Below, piece after piece: positions 27,416-36,244 of a stretch of DNA of 36,713 nt. The notes under the pieces are model-generated. The model was not told the origin of the DNA. It saw only the letters and a program-made list of their open reading frames with translations, and ran no database searches. Source of the DNA: an uncultured Methanosarcinales archaeon. GTDB lineage: Archaea > Nanobdellota > Nanobdellia > Woesearchaeales > CAYNLP01. A program made the translations under genes and the position numbers. How positions within the stretch are numbered: the stretch's first letter is position 1; each line of letters opens with the position of its first letter. Location: positions 1 through 36,713 of the forward strand of contig CAYNLP010000002.1 in the NCBI GenBank assembly GCA_964398115.1, read 5' to 3'.

Positions 27416-27527
27416 AAATAATTTGTACGTGTGCTCTCCGCTTTTATTATATAATCATCGGCTTTGGCCTCATACCTTCTACTATGCGATCATCGCACAC
27501 GCTAGTTTTATGTGAGGATTTCTTTTT

Positions 27528-28532
27528 TTAAATAATTTTGAATTCTGTACACGTTCTAAATTTACCTGGGGATATTTGACCGGCTTGTCTAATATTTAAA
27601 ATTTTAACATCGGCGTCTAGTCTTTGACTGGTTTCTTCAACTAATCTTTTTCCTCGCTTTAAGTCTTCTTCTGGTAAGAAATCGTAGTAGTGGATTACAG
27701 TTTCCTTATTTGCTTTTTTAATCGCTGTTTCTAAATATTCGTTGGCATTGTCGGGAGCGGGCATTACTATTCTGTCGAAATTTTCTTTTAATTGTGGTAC
27801 TATCTCTCCTACATCTCCTTGATGGAGTTCAACGTTTTCTAAATTGTTTAATTCTACATTTTGTAATCCGTATTTGTGAGCGACTGGGTTTATCTCTACT
27901 CCTACTACTTTTTTTGCTTCTGCATTTTTTGCAATCACGCATGGGTAGGGGGCGCATCCGCTGAACATTACAAGAACTTTCTCATGAGGATTTACTTGTT
28001 CTGCTATTATTTTTCTATCATTTGCAAGTCTTGGTGAGAAGTATACTTTCTCTACGTTGACTTTTAACTTGACATTGTTTTCAATATGTACTGTTTCTTT
28101 CGTTTTCTTCCCTGCTAACCAATCAAGTTTTTGTGTTCTATAAGTCCCGGTGTGTTTTCCTTTTTTCAGGACTGTTTTGAGATATGGCTTGGCTTCCATC
28201 AGTGCTTCGCCTAGTTCGTGCTCGTATGGCTCTAACTCTTCAGACACTTCTATAATGGCTATATCCCCTATTAAGTCTTGAGAAGTTTTTAATTCACTAA
28301 AATCTATTTCTGGTATCTTCTCTCTGACTATTTCTTCAAAAGTAGGATTGTCTTTTCTTTCTTCCAAGTCTTTATCAACTATTTCGTAACTTGTTTCTAT
28401 TTTTCTCTTTAAGGGAAAGTATGCGTAGCTTTCACTAGTTTCGGGCTTGACTTCTTCATCAAAAACGCCTTTTTTGATAAGTTCTTTTTTGACTTGTTCT
28501 GCTTCTTTCTTTGGAACTTTAACTGCTTGCAT
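27528..28532 (-). CDS. Trm5/Taw2 (Met10)-family tRNA-37 SAM-dependent transferase
   Basis: DLIGDIAII, ETVHIEN, VYFSPRL, VMFSGCAPY, VEINP, DRIVMP, IHYY. Confidence 0.88.
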   Translation of the reverse strand: MQAVKVPKKEAEQVKKELIKKGVFDEEVKPETSESYAYFPLKRKIETSYEIVDKDLEERKDNPTFEEIVREKIPEIDFSELKTSQDLIGDIAIIEVSEELEPYEHELGEALMEAKPYLKTVLKKGKHTGTYRTQKLDWLAGKKTKETVHIENNVKLKVNVEKVYFSPRLANDRKIIAEQVNPHEKVLVMFSGCAPYPCVIAKNAEAKKVVGVEINPVAHKYGLQNVELNNLENVELHQGDVGEIVPQLKENFDRIVMPAPDNANEYLETAIKKANKETVIHYYDFLPEEDLKRGKRLVEETSQRLDADVKILNIRQAGQISPGKFRTCTEFKII

Positions 28533-28564
28533 GTTTTGTTAGAAAAAGTTTGGTGTATAAAAAT

Positions 28565-29461
28565 TTAGGTTATTATCATTATCGCGCCTGCTACCATAAT
28601 GACGCACGCGAGTGTTTTCTTGAACAAATGTTTTTCGTGGAAGAGTTCTCCCCCTATCAAGGTAGTGGTCAGGGCCGAGGTTTTCTTAATAGCAACTACT
28701 AACGCTACTTTGCTAGCTTCGAATGTGAGTGCGTGTTGCTGAGCTAGTCTGTAACCTACTGTGAGGAGGGCGACTGCGAATATCCAACCTCCTGCGTTGT
28801 TAAAACCATGCATGATTCCGTGGTATCCGTCGTGGAAGTAGGAGAGCATTATGAAGTAATTAATTGCGAGAAACGCGTGTATAAGAGGGATGTAAGTCGT
28901 GGCAGAGATTCCAAAACCTCCTGTGCTGACAGTTCCAACTATTTTTTTGTCAATCGTTCCCGTAATGGCATAAATGGTGAGTGCTGCAAGTATAAACTTA
29001 GTGTATCTACTTTCGAAAAGTCTCTTGAAAGGTTTCAATATCTTTGTGGTTTGTTTCGCTTCTAAAACGTAAGTTCCTGTGATTAAGAGTGCGAGGCCTC
29101 CTAGCTGTAACTTGGTTAATTGTTCTCCTATAAGAAGCCACGCGGCGATTGCAGTAAACGCTGGTCCAATCATTAGTAAGGGGCTGACGATGCTAATTTC
29201 CATATGTCGTATTGCTTTCGCCACGAGGAGGTAGGCCACGCCGGCGAGGATTGAGTTGAAGTACATGAGTCCGACTACTTGCCAGTTCAGATTTGACCAG
29301 TTTATCTTGAACCATAACGGTATTGTTAGAATAGCTGCACATAATGTCATGACAGCGCTGTATTCCATTGCATGTTCTTTTTTCAAAGTCTTCTTTTGAG
29401 TGATAGCCGCGGCAGTGGCCAAGATCATGCTTAAAAATGCGAAAGCTATCCAAGCACTCAT
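28565..29461 (-). CDS. EamA/DMT-family transporter
   Basis: About 10 TM segments in two repeats; KAIRHMEISIVSPL, LIGEQLT, LFHEK. Confidence 0.88.
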   Translation of the reverse strand: MSAWIAFAFLSMILATAAAITQKKTLKKEHAMEYSAVMTLCAAILTIPLWFKINWSNLNWQVVGLMYFNSILAGVAYLLVAKAIRHMEISIVSPLLMIGPAFTAIAAWLLIGEQLTKLQLGGLALLITGTYVLEAKQTTKILKPFKRLFESRYTKFILAALTIYAITGTIDKKIVGTVSTGGFGISATTYIPLIHAFLAINYFIMLSYFHDGYHGIMHGFNNAGGWIFAVALLTVGYRLAQQHALTFEASKVALVVAIKKTSALTTTLIGGELFHEKHLFKKTLACVIMVAGAIMIIT

Positions 29462-30324
29462 ATTATCACCATTACTGCTCCAGCTAGCATTACTATACAG
29501 GCGAATGTTTTCTTCACAATGTGATCTTCATGGAATAAGAGCCCGCCATGCACCGTTGCTACGAGACTATGAGTGCTGAATATCGCCGCTACGATGCCAG
29601 CGTATTCCATACTAATAGCTTTGTAGAACATTATTATCATCAAAACGGTGAAGAGAGCTGGCCAGAATATTTGTTTCCCATATTTTTTGAATACTGGTTT
29701 TAAGTGATGGTAGTCGTGTTGGTAGGCGTTGTATATGTATACAAAGATTGTTTTCAAGATCCATACGATTATGAAGTAAGTTATGAAGTCTGTCAGGTTA
29801 GTTAGGACATATCTATCTATGGTGTTAGTTACTCCGTAGATGAACATAGCAGCTACTACTAAGAGTGCGTAAGGTGATTCCTTCATTCTTCTTACTGGAT
29901 CTAAGAGTCTGTCGTGTTTTGAATGTAGTTGTAATATGTAAGTTCCAATTACTATTAGGACTATACCGCTGCTTTGGATGAAGGTGAGCTTTTCTCCGAG
30001 AAATATAAATGCTATTATTGTTACGAATAATGGTTGTAGATTCCTTAGAGGATCTACGATGCTTATGTCTATGTGTTTGAGTGCTTTGTTTCTCAATATG
30101 TTTCCAATTGTGGCGATGAGTGCCACTACTGCGCAGATTGCATAAGTTTTTAAGCTTAGGTTGAAATTTGCGAAAGGTACGGCTAGAAGGGCGAATATTG
30201 CTATGTAGAAGCCTCGTATGCTCAAATATTCTGTAGTGTGTTCGCCGTCTAGTGCTTTCTTCTGCGTTACTTCTCTAAGACTTGCGAATATTACTGAGAG
30301 TATTGCAAATATTAACCATTCCAT
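29458..30324 (-). CDS. EamA/DMT-family transporter (tandem paralog)
   Basis: KALKHIDISIVDPL, FLGEKLT, LFHED. Overlaps the next gene by 4 nt. Confidence 0.88.
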   Translation of the reverse strand: MEWLIFAILSVIFASLREVTQKKALDGEHTTEYLSIRGFYIAIFALLAVPFANFNLSLKTYAICAVVALIATIGNILRNKALKHIDISIVDPLRNLQPLFVTIIAFIFLGEKLTFIQSSGIVLIVIGTYILQLHSKHDRLLDPVRRMKESPYALLVVAAMFIYGVTNTIDRYVLTNLTDFITYFIIVWILKTIFVYIYNAYQHDYHHLKPVFKKYGKQIFWPALFTVLMIIMFYKAISMEYAGIVAAIFSTHSLVATVHGGLLFHEDHIVKKTFACIVMLAGAVMVII

Positions 30325-30384
30325 AGTTTTTCACTTGTAATCGCTGTAAAGACTTTTACTGGTTTTAGTGTATAATAAATGTTT

Positions 30385-31410
30385 CTATACAAAATCGCCC
30401 AATCCTTTTTGCTGTCTTGATTTTTGTAATTCGTTAAGCTGGTCTTCTACTCGGCTTTGGCTGAAGTCGTGTTTATCAACCAACAATTTCATGATTTCTT
30501 CTCTGTCTGGTTCTTCAAAATTGGTTTGATAATCGTTGGTGACTTCCATGTCTAAGAAAGTATCCATTATCACTTTCCAAGGTGTGTCAAAGTGTTCACT
30601 CCACTCCGCTTCTTCGAATATCTTGTCAAAGTCTTTCCCATGTTCTTGCAGCATTTTCAAAGCTGTCTTTGGACCTATTCCATGAATCCCTTTCGGATTG
30701 AAATCCGTCCCGACCAGTATGGCCAAAACTATAAGTTGTTCTCTGTCAAGTTCGAGTTCTTCCAAAGTATCTTCCAAACTTAGTATTTCAGGATTTACCT
30801 CTTTATACGCTTGCTTACCTTGTCTCTTCCTCCTTCCCGTTATTGACAAGTTTTTCACCACTCTCGGCGCTCCAAATAAGAAACTGTCCGCGTCTTGACT
30901 TATCACCGCATAAGCGTCATCATTTTTCACAACATGTGCTGCTTGAGCTTCTCCTTCCATAGGGGATTGTATCCAACACTGTCCAAGAGCGTCAATTAAC
31001 TTCTTTGCTTCTTCAACCATAGGACTGGTTAATTTACTGCTTTGCTGAGCGTATTTGAACATCTCCTTTATATCTCCCTTCTTCTTCGCCTCTTCATACT
31101 TCTCCCGTGCTTGTTCTTTCTTTTCTCTCCTACTTTCTAACTCTCCGTGTTTCAAGTCAGGCACCTTTCCATCGAAGCAGTAGATGAAGTCCATATCTTT
31201 CATCATAAGCCTGGTCATTCTGTTGAACAGGCCGACAAGGTGGCTTGTGATGTTTCCTTTACTATCTGTCAAGTAACTGCCGTCTCTCTGCCTTATAGTA
31301 CTTAAGAATTGGTAGAGTATGTTATGAGCGTCGACTGTATATGCTTTGTTTCGTAGTTCTTCTATGCTTGTTTCTCTTCCGTGGATTAAGTCTGTAATGT
31401 TTGTGCCCAT
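30385..31410 (-). CDS. fen: Flap endonuclease 1
   Basis: Start moved to ATG 31410 (MGTNITDL), 24 nt after TTTAATAA. Motifs YQFLSTIRQRDG, EGEAQAA, SQDADSFLFGAP, LVGTDFN..GIGPKTA; C-terminal PIP-like QKGLGDFV. Confidence 0.96.
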   Translation of the reverse strand: MGTNITDLIHGRETSIEELRNKAYTVDAHNILYQFLSTIRQRDGSYLTDSKGNITSHLVGLFNRMTRLMMKDMDFIYCFDGKVPDLKHGELESRREKKEQAREKYEEAKKKGDIKEMFKYAQQSSKLTSPMVEEAKKLIDALGQCWIQSPMEGEAQAAHVVKNDDAYAVISQDADSFLFGAPRVVKNLSITGRRKRQGKQAYKEVNPEILSLEDTLEELELDREQLIVLAILVGTDFNPKGIHGIGPKTALKMLQEHGKDFDKIFEEAEWSEHFDTPWKVIMDTFLDMEVTNDYQTNFEEPDREEIMKLLVDKHDFSQSRVEDQLNELQKSRQQKGLGDFV

Positions 31411-31454
31411 AGGAAAAGGATGGGAAAAAGGCTTTATTAAATGATTTATTGTAT

Positions 31455-31473
31455 ATATTGAAAAGAAATATTG
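31455..31473. repeat. 19-bp exact dispersed repeat, copy 2
   Basis: ATATTGAAAAGAAATATTG, identical to 6766-6784. Confidence 0.7.
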
Positions 31474-31481
31474 GTTTTTTG

Positions 31482-31616
31482 TCAGACTTCCCTCCTTTTC
31501 AAAGGCTCTCCTCTTCTTTCGCAATCTTTTGCAGTGCATTTTGGAGTGTTGTCCTTCCACTCTTCAACTTTAAGAACTCCTCCACAACTGCCTGGACAAT
31601 AATATTCTTTTCCCAT
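31482..31616 (-). CDS. 44-aa four-Cys micro-protein (not in ORF track)
   Basis: MGKEYYCPGSCGGVLKVEEWKDNTPKCTAKDCERRGEPLKRREV*. Strong SD AAGGAGGT about 6 nt before the ATG, directly after the upstream stop. Confidence 0.75.
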   Translation of the reverse strand: MGKEYYCPGSCGGVLKVEEWKDNTPKCTAKDCERRGEPLKRREV

Positions 31617-31628
31617 ATATTGACCTCC

Positions 31629-32516
31629 TTAAATTTGTTTTACCAACATGCCTTCAAACTCGCCGTTGAGCATTTCTTCAGCCTTGTTTGTTAAATCCCC
31701 TGTGTATAGGAACATGACGGGAAGTTTCTTGCTTTGACCTTGCACCCAAGCACTGCTTAAGTCTCCATCGTTGCATTTCTTCTTACCTCTTGCTTTACAA
31801 TAAAATTTTTGCTTACCTACGGGTGTGGGAACATTAACTAAATATTTAGCGTCGCTTCCTTTCCTCTTAATATCTTCTTCTAATATGTCAATATCGTTTT
31901 TGTCAAAGAATTTTCTCAACTTTTGAACGAAGTCGTCGTCTACTTCTTCTAAATCCGGTTGGTTACTTTCTTGCTCTTCCTTTTCTTCAGATTTATCTTC
32001 TTCGCTTTGATCATCTGACTCTTTCTGTTCACTTTCTTCTTTTTCATCTTCCTCCTCATCGGAACCTATACTTTCTAAATCTTCTTTAATAAGTTCCTCC
32101 GCTTTTTCATCGCTTATCAAATACCATTTCCAATAGATCTCTTTCTCTTCTCCAGTATCCACTTTGAGAGGTTTAGCAAAGTCTTTCATTTCTCGGAGAC
32201 TTGCGCGGATTACAGGCTCTTGGTCTTGATCTCTCAGAATTTTTTCTTCTTTGAGCATGTCGAAAGCCTTCTGTTGCTTGTCATTCAATTGACTCTTTAA
32301 ATCCTGCAAGTATTCCTTTTGCTCCTCGGTGTAATAAACGGGGCTGCCACCAACTTTAGTATTACTAATTTGAATTTTGTCATCATCTGCAAGTTCACTA
32401 AGAATAGCTCCGATCATTAACGTGTCGCTACCCTCTACATGTCTACGGATTTGGGCGGGCAATATAGGCCCGTTTTCTTTCACGATTTGAAGAATGTCTT
32501 GACTTTCAACCATCAC
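31629..32516 (-). CDS. Hypothetical protein: N-terminal wHTH-like region, acidic linker, C-terminal restriction-endonuclease-like domain
   Basis: ILQIVKENGPILPAQI..GAILSEL at the N-terminus. C-terminal FYCKARGKKK..DL..PVMFLYTGDLTNKAEE resembles the Mrr_cat-type alpha/beta pattern. Confidence 0.7.
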   Translation of the reverse strand: MMVESQDILQIVKENGPILPAQIRRHVEGSDTLMIGAILSELADDDKIQISNTKVGGSPVYYTEEQKEYLQDLKSQLNDKQQKAFDMLKEEKILRDQDQEPVIRASLREMKDFAKPLKVDTGEEKEIYWKWYLISDEKAEELIKEDLESIGSDEEEDEKEESEQKESDDQSEEDKSEEKEEQESNQPDLEEVDDDFVQKLRKFFDKNDIDILEEDIKRKGSDAKYLVNVPTPVGKQKFYCKARGKKKCNDGDLSSAWVQGQSKKLPVMFLYTGDLTNKAEEMLNGEFEGMLVKQI

Positions 32517-32548
32517 TCAAAAAGTGAGTAGTTAGAAGTTTAAATAAT

Positions 32549-33124
32549 CTATGGACGCATCCATCTAACTTCCCAATAACTGACGTCACCCTCATCATCT
32601 ACAACGCCGATGAGAAGCCTTTTCTTCGTACTGTGCGCAACTCTATTCTTAGCCGCGAATTCATACCAAGTTAGCGTTTCTCCTTCATGAACCGGATAAA
32701 CAACCCATCTTGCATGATCTTCACCTGGCTTAATACCACGATCATAAACTCTAAAGTCCGCACCAAATTTCAATGCAGTCTTGATAATGTAACCTCTTTT
32801 TCGAATGTCTTTAAAGACGCTATAACGAACCCAGAACTTAGGCTCGACTTCTTGAGCTTTTTTCATGAACTCATCATATTCTATCGTGTTGCCATCTTGA
32901 TCCTCTACTCTTATCTTCTCTCTTTCCATAAGGTAAAGTCCTTCAAGAAGGCTGAGTTGTATTTTGTTATTATCCAAGACTTTGCCATAACCACTCTGGT
33001 TATATAAGTTTCTAGCCCTATCGCTATCTTCAGTTATAACTCTTTCTCGAGCAAGGATTGCCTTAATACGATCGTCATCCTCGCCATCTGCTTCGTTTTC
33101 CTCTTGTTCTTTATCTTCACTCAT
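32549..33124 (-). CDS. endA: tRNA-splicing endonuclease (single-unit, alpha4 type)
   Basis: LSLLEGLYL, VFKDIRKRGY.IKTALKFGADFRVY, catalytic His (EDHA) and Lys (HSTKKRL). Confidence 0.95.
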   Translation of the reverse strand: MSEDKEQEENEADGEDDDRIKAILARERVITEDSDRARNLYNQSGYGKVLDNNKIQLSLLEGLYLMEREKIRVEDQDGNTIEYDEFMKKAQEVEPKFWVRYSVFKDIRKRGYIIKTALKFGADFRVYDRGIKPGEDHARWVVYPVHEGETLTWYEFAAKNRVAHSTKKRLLIGVVDDEGDVSYWEVRWMRP

Positions 33125-33228
33125 TAGTGCGTGAAAAAACGTAGTGCGTATTTAAATCTAGTGGTATAAGCTCCATGTTTAAACTTTAAAAATTATCAAA
33201 TACTACTATTCCTTGAGGGGTTTTTTGT

Positions 33229-33405
33229 ATGAAAAGGATTGATGAATTAAGATCCGAAGAAAGTTTAGATGAAAACTTGGATGACCCATCTGATCAAGAA
33301 ATACAGAAACAATCACGAAAAGGATGGCAGCGAGGTATTATGTCCAGCATGATGGAAATACAAGATGACTCTTATAGAACAGAGAACAGGATATATCAAC
33401 CATAA
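33229..33405 (+). CDS. 58-aa acidic hypothetical protein (not in ORF track)
   Basis: MKRIDELRSEESLDENLDDPSDQEIQKQSRKGWQRGIMSSMMEIQDDSYRTENRIYQP*. GAGGGG SD and TTTAAAAA upstream; fills an otherwise empty gap. Confidence 0.55.
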   Translation: MKRIDELRSEESLDENLDDPSDQEIQKQSRKGWQRGIMSSMMEIQDDSYRTENRIYQP

Positions 33406-34196
33406 ACTTTATGCAAATTATCAACTATGTCACTAGCGATGAACGTATCACCTCTTTCTTTCTTCAGAACGTCTCCGACGGCGCCGTTTAGATAGGCAGC
33501 CATGCACGCAGCTTTGAATAAACTGTTGGCTTGAGCTATAAAGCCAGCTGTTAAGCCGGCGAGGACGTCTCCAGTACCACCTTTAGTCATAACCGCATTA
33601 CCCGTTTTATTCTTCACAATTCTGTCTTTAGAAATTATCTCATCCTCTCTTCCTTTTAGAAGAATAACGTTGTCAGCCAATCTTTCTCTATAATCGTCTT
33701 TAGTTAATCCAGAATTCTCAAGTAGTTCTTCGAATTCCTTTTCATGAGGTGTGAAAACAGCATTGTTTACCTTTTTTAAATTAGAAGCGTGTATGGCGTC
33801 AGCATCAATAACTTTTGGCATTGAAACATTCTCAACTATCTTTTTAGCGAAACTTCTAGAATTCTTTCCAAGACCAGGTCCTATTAGGACTAAGTCGTAA
33901 TCTTCGCTCATTTCAATTATCTCATCAGCTTGGCTTTCAACAAAGTATCTTCCCTCAAACTTTTTAGTTATAACATCCGGGATTTTCTCGTTTACCAACC
34001 AGGCGATTTTCTCTGGACAACACGCAACTGCCAAATCCGCACCGCTTCTCAAAATAGCCTCACAAGCAGTACTGGTAAGAACGGCAGCTCCAGCGTAGTC
34101 TTCACTCCCCGCTACTACTAAAACTTTACCAAAATCTCCTTTATGACTGTCGGGACTCCTATCCTGTTCAAGAATATCCTCCGTTAAATAGTGCAT
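33396..34196 (-). CDS. nnrD: ADP-dependent NAD(P)H-hydrate dehydratase
   Basis: SHKGDFGKVLVVAGSEDYAGA, IGPGLG, VIDADA, TPHEKEF, GGTGDVLAG. Confidence 0.94.
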   Translation of the reverse strand: MHYLTEDILEQDRSPDSHKGDFGKVLVVAGSEDYAGAAVLTSTACEAILRSGADLAVACCPEKIAWLVNEKIPDVITKKFEGRYFVESQADEIIEMSEDYDLVLIGPGLGKNSRSFAKKIVENVSMPKVIDADAIHASNLKKVNNAVFTPHEKEFEELLENSGLTKDDYRERLADNVILLKGREDEIISKDRIVKNKTGNAVMTKGGTGDVLAGLTAGFIAQANSLFKAACMAAYLNGAVGDVLKKERGDTFIASDIVDNLHKVYG

Positions 34197-34229
34197 ACTA
34201 AGAAAAGACGATGTAAGACAATATAAAAT

Positions 34230-34322
34230 CTACGCTGTTACACCGTTGTAACTTTCACCACAGTCAGGACAAATACCGTTTTCCAAGTAAGTGTCACAAA
34301 GAGGACAAACTCCTTCTTCCAT
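34230..34322 (-). CDS. 30-aa CPxC/CPxCG zinc-finger micro-protein (not in ORF track)
   Basis: MEEGVCPLCDTYLENGICPDCGESYNGVTA*. Starts 4 nt after the upstream small ORF stop. Confidence 0.7.
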   Translation of the reverse strand: MEEGVCPLCDTYLENGICPDCGESYNGVTA

Positions 34323-34326
34323 TTTT

Positions 34327-34464
34327 CTAAGTCTCCGCGAACAATTCCTTGATGAACTTCACTCTTTTATGCGCATCTGGATCGTGCGCGTAAGTTTTGA
34401 ACAAATCGTCTTCCTCCAGATAGTCCTGGATGTAGCTATTTACGTGTTCATCAGCGGTTGTCAT
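34327..34464 (-). CDS. 45-aa acidic hypothetical protein (not in ORF track)
   Basis: MTTADEHVNSYIQDYLEEDDLFKTYAHDPDAHKRVKFIKELFAET*. Strong SD GGGGTGA 7 nt upstream. Confidence 0.7.
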   Translation of the reverse strand: MTTADEHVNSYIQDYLEEDDLFKTYAHDPDAHKRVKFIKELFAET

Positions 34465-34542
34465 AAACCACTCACCCCCATCACTTTTACTAAACGAATT
34501 TCTAAACTTAAATAGGTTGTTGTAAAAAATTAAAAGAACGAT

Positions 34543-35304
34543 TTAATCACGCAAGTGCCAACCCGTTTTTATCAAATAATAGCTGAATGCAAACATCCCA
34601 CATGACAACGGTATAAGTATTGCAGCACCGAGCCATAAACTAGTTTCACTATAACCAATCATACCATACCTAACTCCGTTGATCATGTAAAATAAAGGAT
34701 TAAATCTCGTCACAGTTTCCAATGCTGCAGGGACTTGATTAACGCTGTAAAAAACTCCTCCTAAAAATATGAAAGGTGTGATGAAAAAATTGAGGAAAAT
34801 GTTTAATTGTTCAAATTCTTCAGCCCAGAGTCCAACCCAAATTCCAAAGCTAGCGAACAAAATGGCTGTGAGGGTAAGGTAGAAGAGAAGGACGAAAGGA
34901 TGTTTCACAGGTATGAACGTGAAGGGCATAGCTATCAACCAAACCCCAATACCCATAGTGAATCCTCTAGCCAACCCGCCTATGACGTAACTCCAAGTCA
35001 TGCTCATATAACTGATAGGGCTAGCAAGTATATCGTTAATGTGTTCCATAAATCTGGACATGAATAAACTACCACTAGGGTTAGAGTAGGAACCATTTAT
35101 CAAGTTCAACATCATCAATCCCGGGATTAAGAATTCTAAATAATCCATGCCCGGTATTTGTATCCTCCTACCAAGACCCACCCCAAAGATGACGATGTAG
35201 AGAGCTGCAGATATCAAGCCAGGAACTATAGTGTTATTAGGAACGGTGAAAAACCTTATCGTCTCCCTCTCAAGATGCGTCCAGAAATCCGTCATTTTAC
35301 TCAT
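34543..35304 (-). CDS. ABC-2 type exporter permease (YadH-like)
   Basis: YLEFLIPGL, ILASPIS, FLGGVFYS, NPLFYMINGVRYG. Alternative start at 35295. Confidence 0.92.
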   Translation of the reverse strand: MSKMTDFWTHLERETIRFFTVPNNTIVPGLISAALYIVIFGVGLGRRIQIPGMDYLEFLIPGLMMLNLINGSYSNPSGSLFMSRFMEHINDILASPISYMSMTWSYVIGGLARGFTMGIGVWLIAMPFTFIPVKHPFVLLFYLTLTAILFASFGIWVGLWAEEFEQLNIFLNFFITPFIFLGGVFYSVNQVPAALETVTRFNPLFYMINGVRYGMIGYSETSLWLGAAILIPLSCGMFAFSYYLIKTGWHLRD

Positions 35305-36211
35305 CCTGTATCAGCCTCACAAAAATTTCTTCTAAACTCTCCTGCTCTGTTTTGAGGTCAAGTATCTTCACACTTTTCTGGACTTCCCTAACTATTTCAT
35401 CCACGTTCGAGTCAGGTCTAAGATGAATTAGTAAGGAATGGTCGTCAACTTCACTCCTTTCCTCAAGTTTTTGAATCCTCTTTGGAGGTTCATTCAAACT
35501 TTTATCCATTTGAACTTTCAAATGCTTATGACTTAACTTATCCATTAAGTCCTCTTTATTGTCTAAAGCTATCAATTCTCCTTTGTTCAAAATCCCGATG
35601 CGTTCACACAACCTTTGAGCTTCTTCAATATAATGCGTTGTTAAAAGAATAGTCTTGCCTTCCTCATTTACCTCCTTCATATAATCCCAAAGTTCGTAAC
35701 GAAGTTCAACATCTAAACCAGCAGTTGGCTCATCTAATATCAGTATTTCAGGATCATGCACCATTGCCTTGGCTAGGGAAAGCCTTCTCTTCATACCCCC
35801 GCTTAATTTTCTATATTTTTGATCTCTCTTGCTGTAAAGTCCGAATTTTTTCAACATTTTATCAGCTCTTTCGTAGGCTTCTCTGCGAGGGATACCATGA
35901 TATCCTGCTTGATATCTCAAGAGTTTACGTATTGAGAAATAAGGATCAAAGTTGAACTCTTGTGAGCTCAAACCAACTAGTTTTCTAGCTTCACGATAAT
36001 CGTCGGTGACGTCATGACCTAGGATTGAAGCACTACCCTTGTCATAGTCGCAAATGCCTGTGAGTATGTTTATGGTAGTTGTTTTCCCAGCGCCGTTTGG
36101 ACCTAGATATCCGAAGAATTCTCCTTCTTCTATTTCTAGACTTAAATCCTTTAAAGCCACCAAATCGTCGTAAGTTTTTCGAATGTTGTTTATAGATATC
36201 GCTGATGTCAT
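35297..36211 (-). CDS. ABC exporter ATP-binding protein (YadG-like)
   Basis: GPNGAGKTT, LSGGMKRR, LILDEPTAGLD, LTTHY, SLEEIF. Confidence 0.95.
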   Translation of the reverse strand: MTSAISINNIRKTYDDLVALKDLSLEIEEGEFFGYLGPNGAGKTTTINILTGICDYDKGSASILGHDVTDDYREARKLVGLSSQEFNFDPYFSIRKLLRYQAGYHGIPRREAYERADKMLKKFGLYSKRDQKYRKLSGGMKRRLSLAKAMVHDPEILILDEPTAGLDVELRYELWDYMKEVNEEGKTILLTTHYIEEAQRLCERIGILNKGELIALDNKEDLMDKLSHKHLKVQMDKSLNEPPKRIQKLEERSEVDDHSLLIHLRPDSNVDEIVREVQKSVKILDLKTEQESLEEIFVRLIQDE

Positions 36212-36244
36212 GTTTGACTATCAAAAAGATGAGTGGTTTAAGAA

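Noticed and set aside
31411..31560. 50-aa N-terminal extension of FEN1 in the ORF track
   Set aside because: FEN1 homology starts at MG (31410) with its own TATA box, and the region holds a separate micro-ORF in another frame.
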